Shown here one piece after another: positions 33,446 through 42,660 of a stretch of DNA of 64,000 nt; within the stretch, counting starts at the first letter, position 1, and each line of letters starts with the position of its first letter. The notes below the pieces were generated by a model. The model was not told the origin of the DNA. It searched no databases and was given only the letters and a program-made list of their open reading frames with translations. A program made the position numbers and the translations under genes. Origin of the DNA: Negativicutes bacterium (GTDB lineage Bacteria > Bacillota > Negativicutes > UBA1444); contig CAXXIN010000007.1 of assembly GCA_963665275.2 (NCBI GenBank), positions 576,001 to 640,000 on the forward strand. The letters run 5' to 3'.

Positions 33446-35665
33446 CTACACCTTTTGAATCGGCGCAAACTTGACGGATAAGGACTTGATTCCCTGATCG
33501 GGAAAGGCGATTTTCACTTCCTGATTGTCGCCATTGCCTTTGACTTCCACCACGGTCCCGATCCCCCATTTTCCATGGGAGGCTTTGTCGCCAATCTTCC
33601 ATTGCGCCCCCTGAGCTGTCGGCGTTGCGAGTTTGGCAGGTGTCACCGGGCGCAACAACGTTGATGGGCTCTGCGGAACTTGCCGGGGAGGCAAATGCAG
33701 CTGCTGCGCCGGTCCGGGTTTCATGGACCGTTTTTGTTTATTTTCGAGCAATGCTTCTGGAATCTCGGACAGGAAGCGGGATGGGCGGTTGACTTGCACT
33801 TCGCCGAAAATCATACGACTCTGCGCCCGCGTCAGGAACACATTCCGTTGTGCCCGAGTAATTCCGACATAACATAGACGGCGTTCCTCTTCCATTTCCT
33901 CAGGACTGCTCAAAGTGCGAAAATGCGGGAACAACCCTTCTTCCATCCCAATCAGGAATACCGTCGGAAACTCCAGCCCTTTGGCGGAGTGCAGAGTCAT
34001 CATCGTTACCCGGTCGGTTTCCAGGTCGGCGGAATCGATATCCGATACCAGTGCAACGTGGTTCAGGAACGCTTCCAGCGAATCCTCATCTTCTCCCGCC
34101 GTGATAAACTCCCTCGCCACTGTCAGCAATTCCTGAAGGTTCTCCACCCGGCTTTGTGCTTCTGGTGTCCCTTCCTGTTCCAGTTCGGCCAGATACCCGG
34201 TCTCCTTCATGACTCGGGTGATCAGATCAGCTATCGATTCTTTGGCCGCTGCATCACGCAGATGATCCAATAAACGGACAAGTTCAGTTAAAGCTCCCTT
34301 TGCTTTAGCTCCGATTGTACTCACAGTATGCAGACGTTTGGAAACTTCATACAGGGACAATCCGGCCCCGTCAGCGGCTGCCTGCAGATGGCCCATGGAA
34401 GTATCGCCGACCCCCCGGCGCGGTACATTGACAATCCGGCGGAAACTGACAGAATCCGCAGGGTTCTGAATTACCCTTAGATACGCCAACATGTCTTTGA
34501 CTTCCTTGCGGTCATAGAATTTAACGCCGCCAACGATGGTATAGGGAAGGCCTTGTTTAAGAAACTCCTCTTCAACAGCCCGTGATTGTGCATTGGTCCG
34601 GTACAGCACAGCCATTCCGCCGTAAGGCTGCCGCTGCACAGTATTCAGACGCACCGCCTGTTCCACGACGAAGCGCGCCTCTTCCCGCTGATCGCCGGAA
34701 ACATGCACCACCAATGAGTCACCGGCGGGATTGTCCGTCCACATTGTTTTCGGTTTTCGACCCGTATTGTTATCGATAAGCGCATTGGCCGCATCCAAAA
34801 TGATCTGTGTTGATCGATAATTTTGCTCTAGTTTGATCACTGCGGCTTCCGGATAATCCTTTTCAAAATCGAGAATATTGCTGATATCCGCGCCGCGCCA
34901 GCCGTAAATGCTCTGGTCGGCATCACCGACCACACACAGATTGCGATGTTTGGCAGCCAACATCCGAGTCAGCGTATATTGGGTATGATTGGTATCCTGA
35001 TATTCATCAACAAGCACATATTTGAAGCGTTGCTGATATTTTGCCAATACTTCCGGGTATTCTTCCAGCAAGCGGACCGCCACATTCATCAGGTCGTCAA
35101 AATCCATGGCGTTGTTCGCCAGCAATTTCTTCTGATAGAGCGAATATAGCAACGCAACCTTCTGTTGATAGTAGTTATCGGCCTGCCTGTCGAACTGCTC
35201 CGGCGTGATCAACTGATTTTTGGCATTGGATATCGTCCCGATGACGCTGCCCACGGAGAACTGCCGCTCCGGGAGATCCAGTTCCTTCAGGCACTGCCGC
35301 ACCAACAGCTTGATATCCCCTTCATCGTAAATCGTAAATTGCCGCGTATACCAGCCGGTCGCCTCAATTTCCGTCCGCAGGAACCTCGCGCAAAAAGCGT
35401 GAAACGTGCTCAGCCAGATTTGTCTGGCAACCGAACCGACAATCTTGGACACCCTTTCCTTCATTTCGCCAGCGGCTTTATTGGTAAAGGTAATAGCAAG
35501 GATCTCCCACGGTTTAACCCCCTGCTCCAGCAGATAAGCGATACGGCTCGTCAGCACGCTGGTTTTCCCCGACCCAGCCCCTGCAATGATCAGCAACGGT
35601 CCGTTGATGTGTTGCACCGCTTCTTTTTGTTTTTCATTGAGTCTATTCATATAGTCGTTGTGCAC
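33446..35665 (-). CDS. pcrA: DNA helicase PcrA
   Basis: AGAGSGKT, TFTNKAA, VDEYQDTN, LEQNYRS, HSAKGLEF, EERRLCYVGITRA. Confidence 0.97.
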   Translation of the reverse strand: MHNDYMNRLNEKQKEAVQHINGPLLIIAGAGSGKTSVLTSRIAYLLEQGVKPWEILAITFTNKAAGEMKERVSKIVGSVARQIWLSTFHAFCARFLRTEIEATGWYTRQFTIYDEGDIKLLVRQCLKELDLPERQFSVGSVIGTISNAKNQLITPEQFDRQADNYYQQKVALLYSLYQKKLLANNAMDFDDLMNVAVRLLEEYPEVLAKYQQRFKYVLVDEYQDTNHTQYTLTRMLAAKHRNLCVVGDADQSIYGWRGADISNILDFEKDYPEAAVIKLEQNYRSTQIILDAANALIDNNTGRKPKTMWTDNPAGDSLVVHVSGDQREEARFVVEQAVRLNTVQRQPYGGMAVLYRTNAQSRAVEEEFLKQGLPYTIVGGVKFYDRKEVKDMLAYLRVIQNPADSVSFRRIVNVPRRGVGDTSMGHLQAAADGAGLSLYEVSKRLHTVSTIGAKAKGALTELVRLLDHLRDAAAKESIADLITRVMKETGYLAELEQEGTPEAQSRVENLQELLTVAREFITAGEDEDSLEAFLNHVALVSDIDSADLETDRVTMMTLHSAKGLEFPTVFLIGMEEGLFPHFRTLSSPEEMEEERRLCYVGITRAQRNVFLTRAQSRMIFGEVQVNRPSRFLSEIPEALLENKQKRSMKPGPAQQLHLPPRQVPQSPSTLLRPVTPAKLATPTAQGAQWKIGDKASHGKWGIGTVVEVKGNGDNQEVKIAFPDQGIKSLSVKFAPIQKV

Positions 35666-35779
35666 TTTTTCCCTCCAGCGATTCCTATCGACAGCCTCGG
35701 CTGTTCCATTTCATCCAATTTATTAACCCAACTTCATGTAGATTCTCCGCGCCGTCCATTTTTCCTGCCGAACATTTCA

Positions 35780-35818
35780 GAACATATGTTTGATTTTCTC
35801 GCGCAGGTTTCGTATAAT
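35780..35818 (+). promoter_or_regulatory. LexA box overlapping the -35 of a sigma-A promoter
   Basis: GAACATATGTTT (35780-35791); TTGATT-17-TATAAT (35790-35818). Confidence 0.75.
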
Positions 35819-35860
35819 GGTGCCGAAAGCATTATTAGCGAGCATAAGGAGGGCTTCCTC

Positions 35861-37045
35861 GTGGACAAACTTCAAAAGTTGGCTTTGCTCGGCGAAAGCG
35901 CCAAATATGATGTGTGCGCGTCATCTTCGGCTACGCCAAAAAAATTCGCCGATGCCGCCATCGGCCGAACTGTTCCCAGCGGGATCTGCCACTCCTTTAC
36001 CCCCGATGGACGCTGTGTATCGTTATTCAAAGTACTGATGAGTAATCAATGTGAAAAAGACTGCCTTTACTGCCCCAATCGCTCGGGCCGCGATGTTCCG
36101 CGCACCCGTTTTGCCCCGGAAGAGTTGGCGGAACTGTTCATGGAATTCTACCGCCGCAATTATGTGGAAGGCTTGTTTCTGAGTTCTGGCGTCATGCATT
36201 CAACGGGTCAGACAATGCAGCAGTTATTGGAAACACTTGAAATTTTGCGGTTTCGCTATAAATTCGGCGGTTACATCCACCTGAAGATACTGCCGGGAAC
36301 TGGGGAAGCAGAGACCGAAAGGGCCGTGGAACTTGCCAACAGGGTTTCGCTGAACATGGAAGCCCCTTCAGCGCTCCACCTGTCCCGCCTCAGCACTACC
36401 AAAAATTTCGCCACCGAGATCATGGGCGGCATGAGCAGGATTCACCGCCACCTTCGGAACCAGGCCGGCGTCAGCCACTCCACTCAGTTCATCGTTGGCG
36501 CCGCCCAGGAATCCGATCGGGATATCCTCGACTCCACGGTTCGCCTCTATTCAGACTATGGATTGAAACGAGCCTATTTCAGCGCATTTCAACCGGTTCC
36601 AGGCACCCCGCTAGGCGAAATCGCCGGTGCGCCGCTAGTGCGGGAACACCGTCTTTATCAGGCCGATTTCCTGTTCCGTTACTATGGTTTTCGCATGGAA
36701 GAACTTGCCTACGATCCCGGCGGTAATCTGGACCTCGCGACTGATCCGAAACAGGCTTACGCTGCGCAGCATCCGGAACGCTTCCCTTTGGAAATCAACC
36801 GGGCTACTATCGCTGAACTGTTGCGCATCCCCGGAATCGGTCCACGCTCGGCGAAAAAGATCGTCCTGCTGCGCCGCGAATGCAGTTTCCGTTCGGTTGA
36901 AGATTTGAAGCGGATTGGCGTGGTGACGAAGCGAGCGCTGCCCTTTATCCTTGTTCAAGGGAAAAATTTCACCCCCGCCCTCTCCAGAACCGCTCGCAAT
37001 GATGTGAGACACATTCAGCCTTCATTATGGGGGGATCCGATATGA
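35861..37045 (+). CDS. Putative DNA modification/repair radical SAM protein (TIGR03916-like)
   Basis: AKYDVCASS, GICHSFTPDGRC, CEKDCLYC, REHRLYQAD, HhH LLRIPGIG; GTG start after AAGGAGG. Confidence 0.92.
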   Translation: MDKLQKLALLGESAKYDVCASSSATPKKFADAAIGRTVPSGICHSFTPDGRCVSLFKVLMSNQCEKDCLYCPNRSGRDVPRTRFAPEELAELFMEFYRRNYVEGLFLSSGVMHSTGQTMQQLLETLEILRFRYKFGGYIHLKILPGTGEAETERAVELANRVSLNMEAPSALHLSRLSTTKNFATEIMGGMSRIHRHLRNQAGVSHSTQFIVGAAQESDRDILDSTVRLYSDYGLKRAYFSAFQPVPGTPLGEIAGAPLVREHRLYQADFLFRYYGFRMEELAYDPGGNLDLATDPKQAYAAQHPERFPLEINRATIAELLRIPGIGPRSAKKIVLLRRECSFRSVEDLKRIGVVTKRALPFILVQGKNFTPALSRTARNDVRHIQPSLWGDPI

Positions 37046-37815
37046 TTCTCTGCTCACCCAATCCCGAAAGCATCCTAAAAGCATCACTGCTTGCCGAGTT
37101 AACCGGATTAGCCCCTGAGTTGCGCGAGGCAAATGAGCAGCCGAACTTGTTCGCCCACGTTGACGAAGTAGATGCCGACAGCTTCGAATTTGCCAAACTC
37201 CTTGGGGAGTTATCCTCGAAAACAGGACTCGACTATGATTGGCTCAAGCATTATCAGGGACGGCGCATAGCCCTCATGATTATTTTTAACTTGCGTAACC
37301 GTTCCCGCGATTGTATCCCTGCCATTTTTGCCGCCCTGGCAGAAGCCTTGCGCCACGGACCCGGGTACTGCATCTGCGGTCGAGGTCAGGCCGGTGCGAC
37401 GTTTCGCAGTCGTAGCCGGGAGGTTGGCAGCGAGATCCACCGCATGATGGGCCTGATCCGTTTCGAGGAAACTGCGGAGGGTGATTTTGTTGCCCACCCC
37501 AAACTTTTCCATCAGACCGCCGACATCCTGCTGCGAAAATTCCAATTGCGTTACCCCAATCGCCGTCTGGTCTTCATTTTTCCTTCGGAAGCATTATGCT
37601 GTGAAGAGGGCCGTATCCGACGCATTGAAATGCAGGAGTTGACACCCGCTTTGTTGAATCCAACAGATAACTTCGCTGCGTTATGGGAGACCTATTATCG
37701 CTCCCAATATATCCCTGCGCGAAAGAACATTCGGCTTGCCTCTCATTTCATCCCCAAAAAGTATTGGGACTGGCTGCCGGAAGGAAAAATATTGGAACAG
37801 GAAGCAAAAAAATGA
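37042..37815 (+). CDS. DUF4130/TIGR03915-like DNA metabolism protein
   Basis: EIHRMMGLIRF, LWETYYRS.YIPARKN, PKKYW.WLPE; ATGA-coupled. Confidence 0.85.
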   Translation: MILCSPNPESILKASLLAELTGLAPELREANEQPNLFAHVDEVDADSFEFAKLLGELSSKTGLDYDWLKHYQGRRIALMIIFNLRNRSRDCIPAIFAALAEALRHGPGYCICGRGQAGATFRSRSREVGSEIHRMMGLIRFEETAEGDFVAHPKLFHQTADILLRKFQLRYPNRRLVFIFPSEALCCEEGRIRRIEMQELTPALLNPTDNFAALWETYYRSQYIPARKNIRLASHFIPKKYWDWLPEGKILEQEAKK

Positions 37816-38585
37816 AAGAAATTATGAGCCGTATTTGGCGTGCGATCATTGAATTTGACCTGATCGATACCGACGACCGCATAATGATAGGTCTCTCCGG
37901 TGGCAAAGACAGTTTGTTTCTGACGTACGCACTTTCCCACATTCGACGCCATTCAGCACGGCCCTTCACATTAGGCGCCTTTACCATCGATACCCGCTTC
38001 GATGCCGATTTCCCACGTGAGAAACTCCACAAATTTTGTGAATCACTCGATATCCCCTTCGACTCGACGGTGGTCGACATTCCGCAGGCCATCGCCGCCA
38101 ACAAGGCCCCTGATGCCTGCGCCACCTGCGCTTTTTTTCGGCGGGGCGCCCTGAACCGGATCGCCCGGGAACGCGGATATAACAAAGTCGCTCTGGCCCA
38201 TCACCATGATGACGCGGTGGAAACCTTCATGATGGGACTTTTTTATGCAGGCAGGCTCAAGACGTTCTTGCCGAAAACCCCTCAAGAACGAAGCGGCGTC
38301 ACGATCATCCGGCCACTTGTCTATTTTCGCGAAGCAGAAATCATCGCAAATGTCGATCGCCTTGGTCTGGAGCCGCTGAAAAATCCCTGCCCCTATAACG
38401 GGCATACCAAAAGGCAGGAAACCAAGGAAATGCTCTCGGATTTGGAAGCCAAAGACCCCGAATACTATCGCCGCTTTTCAGCCGCCATGCGGGGCGGGGC
38501 AACGGCCGAACTATGGCCTGCCCAGCCAGATCGTTATACGCTGAAGGGCAAATATCTCGATTTCATGGGCTATCCGCGCAAATAA
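37812..38585 (+). CDS. ttcA: tRNA 2-thiocytidine biosynthesis TtcA-family protein
   Basis: PP-loop LSGGKDS, CATCAFFRRG, HHHDD..ET, IIRPL. Confidence 0.88.
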   Translation: MKEIMSRIWRAIIEFDLIDTDDRIMIGLSGGKDSLFLTYALSHIRRHSARPFTLGAFTIDTRFDADFPREKLHKFCESLDIPFDSTVVDIPQAIAANKAPDACATCAFFRRGALNRIARERGYNKVALAHHHDDAVETFMMGLFYAGRLKTFLPKTPQERSGVTIIRPLVYFREAEIIANVDRLGLEPLKNPCPYNGHTKRQETKEMLSDLEAKDPEYYRRFSAAMRGGATAELWPAQPDRYTLKGKYLDFMGYPRK

Positions 38586-38612
38586 TCCGGCTTATGCTAC
38601 TGGAGGCTCAAT

Positions 38613-41057
38613 ATGTCACTGCGGCAAAAAACGCTGCTGATCATCGGTTTGGCAATCAGCGCTCTCAGTGTTATCTTGTTTTTTTCTGCCAACGCAATCT
38701 TGCTTGGCGGCTTTCGTAGCGTTGAAAATCGGGAGATGGAGTCGAGCCTCAGCCGCGCCGTCAACGCAATCACGCTGGAGACTGGCTCGCTCGCTGCCTT
38801 TGCCGAAGACTGGGGCGCCTGGGACGACAATTATCTCTTCATCGCCGGCGAGCACACTGACTTCTTAAAGAAAAATGTCACTGCATCGACGTTCCTCTCT
38901 CAGCAATTTCATTTGATGGCCTTTTTTGACGTTAAGGGAAACTTGGTTTACGGAACCCTTTTTGACCCGGTTACCAAATTTTTTACGCCTCTTCCCGACT
39001 CAATTAAAAATCAGTTGCTGACTGAATCCGAGCTATTCCCGTATGCCTCCCCCGACAGAATTGTCCGCGGGGTGGTTGCATTGCCGGGCGCTCCGCTGCT
39101 GGTAGCCTCCAGACCGATTATCGATAGTGAAAAGAAACTGCCGCCCCGCGGCATCATGATCGTTGGCAAATTCCTCACTGCACCGGTGTTGACGCAGATG
39201 TCCGCTGCTAATCATCTCTCAATCCAAGTTCAAGAATTGCAAAACCTTACTCTTCCGGTTGATTTTTCCCTAGCAGTCCAGAATTTATCTGAAATAAATA
39301 GGACGTGGATCGAACCTCTTAACGGCCAAACCATTGCAGGCTATACGATGATCACGGACCTCAATGGACGTCCCTGTCTGATTCTGCGCGTAGATTCCCC
39401 ACGCTACAGTTATCTGCAGGGGCAAAAAACTGTTCAGTACTTTTCCTTCATGCTGATTATTCTAGGTCTACTGTTTGGCATCATCAATCTATTTCTACTT
39501 GAAAAAACCATTTTGAAGAGACTCTCCAGTCTAAGCCATCAAGTTGCCGCCGTGGGCGAAAACACTTCACCGTCCCAACGAGTTCAGATCGCGGGAAACG
39601 ATGAATTGTCCCTGCTGGCAGCGGATATCAACAAAATGCTAGGTTCATTGGCAACCACCCAAAACGAGCTAAAGGAAAGCGAGACCGCAACCCGGGTGCT
39701 GCTGGAGGGATTACCCGATTTCCTGCTGCGCCTTGATCGACGCGGGATCATCCTTGATTTCAAGACTGCAAGGGATCGTTTTCTGGCAACACCGCCCAAA
39801 TTACTGCCGGGCAACTCCATAACCGATGCTTATCCGGCTTCGTTGGCTGAAAAATTTTCAACCGCCCTTGAGCAGGCGTTCGTTACTGAAAGCACCCAAT
39901 TATTTGAGCACGAGATGCTTATCAACAACCAGACCGTCAATCAGGAGATCCGAATCACGCCGATTACCGACTCGGAGGCAATCGCAATCCTGCGTGATTT
40001 TACTGAGCGCAGACAGTTGGAGAAATCCCTGCGATTCTTCAATTTGAGAGATTCTGTGACAGGATTGTTCAATCGAACGTATTGGGAGGAAAAACTAGCT
40101 GCATTTTCGCAGCAGCCAGGTTCTACGATTGGCATCCTCCTGTTTGAAATAGATGAAATGGGTTTGATCCGGGACAGCCTTGGTCCAGAACATAGCAATA
40201 CCGTACTGGTTGCCACCGCTTCGGCTCTGCGGTCGAGCCTTCCGCTTGATGCGGTCATTGCCCGGATTGGCGCGGAAAAGTTCGCAGCACTCATCCCTGG
40301 GGCCGACGAATTTGGATTAAAAATGTTCGTACGCAAAATTCGTCAGGAAGTTGAGCTCAGCGCTAAAACTGAAGCTCAATTTCTGTTTAGCCTTTCAATC
40401 GGCTTCTCTCATGGTATTGCGACAGAATCAGGCATTGCAGAAATTTTTAAAGCTGCCAAAATGCAGCTGCACCGCGAACACCTATCTCACAGTCAGGCCT
40501 CGCGCAACAATCTTTTTTTGAGCTTGCAGACGGCCCTGGAAACGAGGGATTTTGTCACTCACCAACACGCTGCCCGCCTTTGGGCCTTGGGCAAAGCTCT
40601 GGCTGCAGCCGCCGGCTTACCCGCTAAAAGTTTAACCGGACTCAAACTTCTCGCGCAGTTTCACGATATCGGCAAAGTTGGGGTTTCGGACGAACTGATT
40701 TTCAAAGAAGGCCGGTTAACCGCTGAAGAAATGAAGCAAATGAAGCTTCATGTTGAAATCGGGCATCGTATTGCCCAGTCGATACCCGATTTATTCCCCA
40801 TCTCCGACCTGCTGCTGAAGCATCACGAATGGTGGAATGGAGAAGGGTATCCACTCGGACTGCAGGGCGAAGAGATTCCTTTAGAGTGTCGGATTTTCGC
40901 AATCGTGGACGCCTTCGATGCCATGACCAATGACCGACCCGACCGCAAGGCCCTCGCTGTAAAAGAAGCGGCTGCCGAATTGCGCAGATGCGCCGGCAGC
41001 CAATTTGATCCGAACCTAGTTGTGAAATTCCTGGCCATTATTGGTGAGGAAGACTAA
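38613..41057 (+). CDS. CHASE4-HAMP-PAS-degenerate GGDEF-HD-GYP signalling protein
   Basis: DWGAWDD (CHASE4), GNDELS.LA..IN.ML (HAMP), ARIGAEKF in place of GGDEF, HDIGK and HHEWWNGEGYP. Confidence 0.88.
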   Translation: MSLRQKTLLIIGLAISALSVILFFSANAILLGGFRSVENREMESSLSRAVNAITLETGSLAAFAEDWGAWDDNYLFIAGEHTDFLKKNVTASTFLSQQFHLMAFFDVKGNLVYGTLFDPVTKFFTPLPDSIKNQLLTESELFPYASPDRIVRGVVALPGAPLLVASRPIIDSEKKLPPRGIMIVGKFLTAPVLTQMSAANHLSIQVQELQNLTLPVDFSLAVQNLSEINRTWIEPLNGQTIAGYTMITDLNGRPCLILRVDSPRYSYLQGQKTVQYFSFMLIILGLLFGIINLFLLEKTILKRLSSLSHQVAAVGENTSPSQRVQIAGNDELSLLAADINKMLGSLATTQNELKESETATRVLLEGLPDFLLRLDRRGIILDFKTARDRFLATPPKLLPGNSITDAYPASLAEKFSTALEQAFVTESTQLFEHEMLINNQTVNQEIRITPITDSEAIAILRDFTERRQLEKSLRFFNLRDSVTGLFNRTYWEEKLAAFSQQPGSTIGILLFEIDEMGLIRDSLGPEHSNTVLVATASALRSSLPLDAVIARIGAEKFAALIPGADEFGLKMFVRKIRQEVELSAKTEAQFLFSLSIGFSHGIATESGIAEIFKAAKMQLHREHLSHSQASRNNLFLSLQTALETRDFVTHQHAARLWALGKALAAAAGLPAKSLTGLKLLAQFHDIGKVGVSDELIFKEGRLTAEEMKQMKLHVEIGHRIAQSIPDLFPISDLLLKHHEWWNGEGYPLGLQGEEIPLECRIFAIVDAFDAMTNDRPDRKALAVKEAAAELRRCAGSQFDPNLVVKFLAIIGEED

Positions 41058-41058
41058 C

Positions 41059-41844
41059 TTAGCCTTGATGCAAATCGTGGTGCAGTTTTCGCACAGCTGC
41101 GCCAAAGATCATTCCTTCTGTAGCAATGGTCAAAAACTGCGCCCCTGCCGCTTTCCAGTAAGCGGCATCCTCTGCGTTCAGGCAGAATATCCCCGCCCAC
41201 TTATTCGTGCGGCGGGTTTTGTCTATTACGGAGTGAATCGTCTTCCTCAGTTCCGGGTCGTTGAACTGACCAGTTACGCCCATGGACTGTGATAAATCAG
41301 TTGGGCCAATGAAAATCCCGTCAATTCCTTCCACTGCCAAAATGGATTCTAAATTTTTCACCGCATCGATATGCTCCACTTGGGTAATCACAAGATTTTC
41401 GCGATTCGAACCTTGCAGATAGTCCGCCATTGGAACAAAACCGTATCTAGCGGCTCTGACAACACCGGCGACGCCCCGTTCGCCCTGCGGTGCATAGCGC
41501 GCTGCCCGGACTGCCGCTGCAGCCTCCGCCACTGTATTGACCTGCGGCACCAGCACGCCGGCAGCACCGGCATCCAAGGCCCGCAAAATCAATTCATGCG
41601 AATTAGTTGTAACGCGAACAAGCGGCGTTATCCCTGACACTTCGGCAGCTCGCACCAGATTCCCAACCTGCTCTGTGGTATTACCGGAATGTTCGGTGTC
41701 GATCAATACAAAATCTAGTCCAGCATAGCCGATCATTTCGACTAGAGCTGGTTCCCCTAGCATAGCGAAGGTTCCGAACGCCGAACCCCCTTCGGCAATG
41801 ATATGCCTTGTCTTATTCACCGGAAATTCAACTTTTTTCTGCAA
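41059..41844 (-). CDS. HpcH/HpaI aldolase family protein
   Basis: DFVLIDTEH, ALDAGA.GVLVPQV, QVE, IFIGPTDLS. Confidence 0.9.
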   Translation of the reverse strand: MQKKVEFPVNKTRHIIAEGGSAFGTFAMLGEPALVEMIGYAGLDFVLIDTEHSGNTTEQVGNLVRAAEVSGITPLVRVTTNSHELILRALDAGAAGVLVPQVNTVAEAAAAVRAARYAPQGERGVAGVVRAARYGFVPMADYLQGSNRENLVITQVEHIDAVKNLESILAVEGIDGIFIGPTDLSQSMGVTGQFNDPELRKTIHSVIDKTRRTNKWAGIFCLNAEDAAYWKAAGAQFLTIATEGMIFGAAVRKLHHDLHQG

Positions 41845-41898
41845 TGTATTCCCGTCCCTTCCAAATGATTAAAATACGGTTCACAGTGGTCGCTACGA

Positions 41899-42567
41899 CT
41901 ATTCTTTGAGGAATTGGAGCAGTTCAGTTGGATATTGGATGATGGAACATGCGCCGGCCTGCAGCAATTCTTCGATCGGCCGAAATCCCCAGGCAACCCC
42001 TACTGCATACATTCCGGCCGAAGTAGCGGTTCGCATGTCAGTGCTCGTATCACCAACGTACAGGATCTTGTCAGGACTGATTTCCCACATGTCGGCGATT
42101 TCCAGCGCCGCTTGGGGATCAGGCTTGATAGGAACACCGGCTCTGGCTCCGAACAGCGGCTCGAAAGTCCAGAAAGGCAACAGTTCAGGAACCATCATCT
42201 TAGTGAAAAGGTCCGGCTTGTTTGACAAAACCGCCATCGGCAGTCCGGCTGCCGTTAATTGATCAAGCATCTCCTTCATGCCGGGGTAGGGGCGGGTTTT
42301 GATATTCCAGCGCTTATCATACTCGACCGACATGAGCGCGACCGTCTTGTCGACATTTTTTTCATCAAGCTTATCGGCAGGCAATACACGCCTTGCCATT
42401 TCGCGGATTCCATCACCAACAAAATAACGATACTTTTCGATTGGATGTGTTGGAAAATCAAGTTGGCCCAAAGCCGCGTTCATCGAGTCAGCCAAGTCTT
42501 CCAACGAATCGAGCAACGTACCGTCCAGATCAAAAATCACTGCTTCATATTTCACTGGATTGTCCAT
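41899..42567 (-). CDS. HAD-family hydrolase (phosphoglycolate phosphatase-like)
   Basis: FDLDGTLLDS, SNK, KPDP, YVGDT..D. Confidence 0.9.
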   Translation of the reverse strand: MDNPVKYEAVIFDLDGTLLDSLEDLADSMNAALGQLDFPTHPIEKYRYFVGDGIREMARRVLPADKLDEKNVDKTVALMSVEYDKRWNIKTRPYPGMKEMLDQLTAAGLPMAVLSNKPDLFTKMMVPELLPFWTFEPLFGARAGVPIKPDPQAALEIADMWEISPDKILYVGDTSTDMRTATSAGMYAVGVAWGFRPIEELLQAGACSIIQYPTELLQFLKE

Positions 42568-42660
42568 ACCCCCGTCACTATTAATTCTTCCATTAGATAA
42601 CCTTCCTCTTAATGTCCCTGCCTAAAAGATTTGACATACAGAGAGCAACTTCCTGCTTTT

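Noticed and set aside
35165-35860. 626-aa ORF with a long N-terminal extension antisense to pcrA
   Set aside because: Promoter, RBS and family motifs place the true start at GTG 35861.
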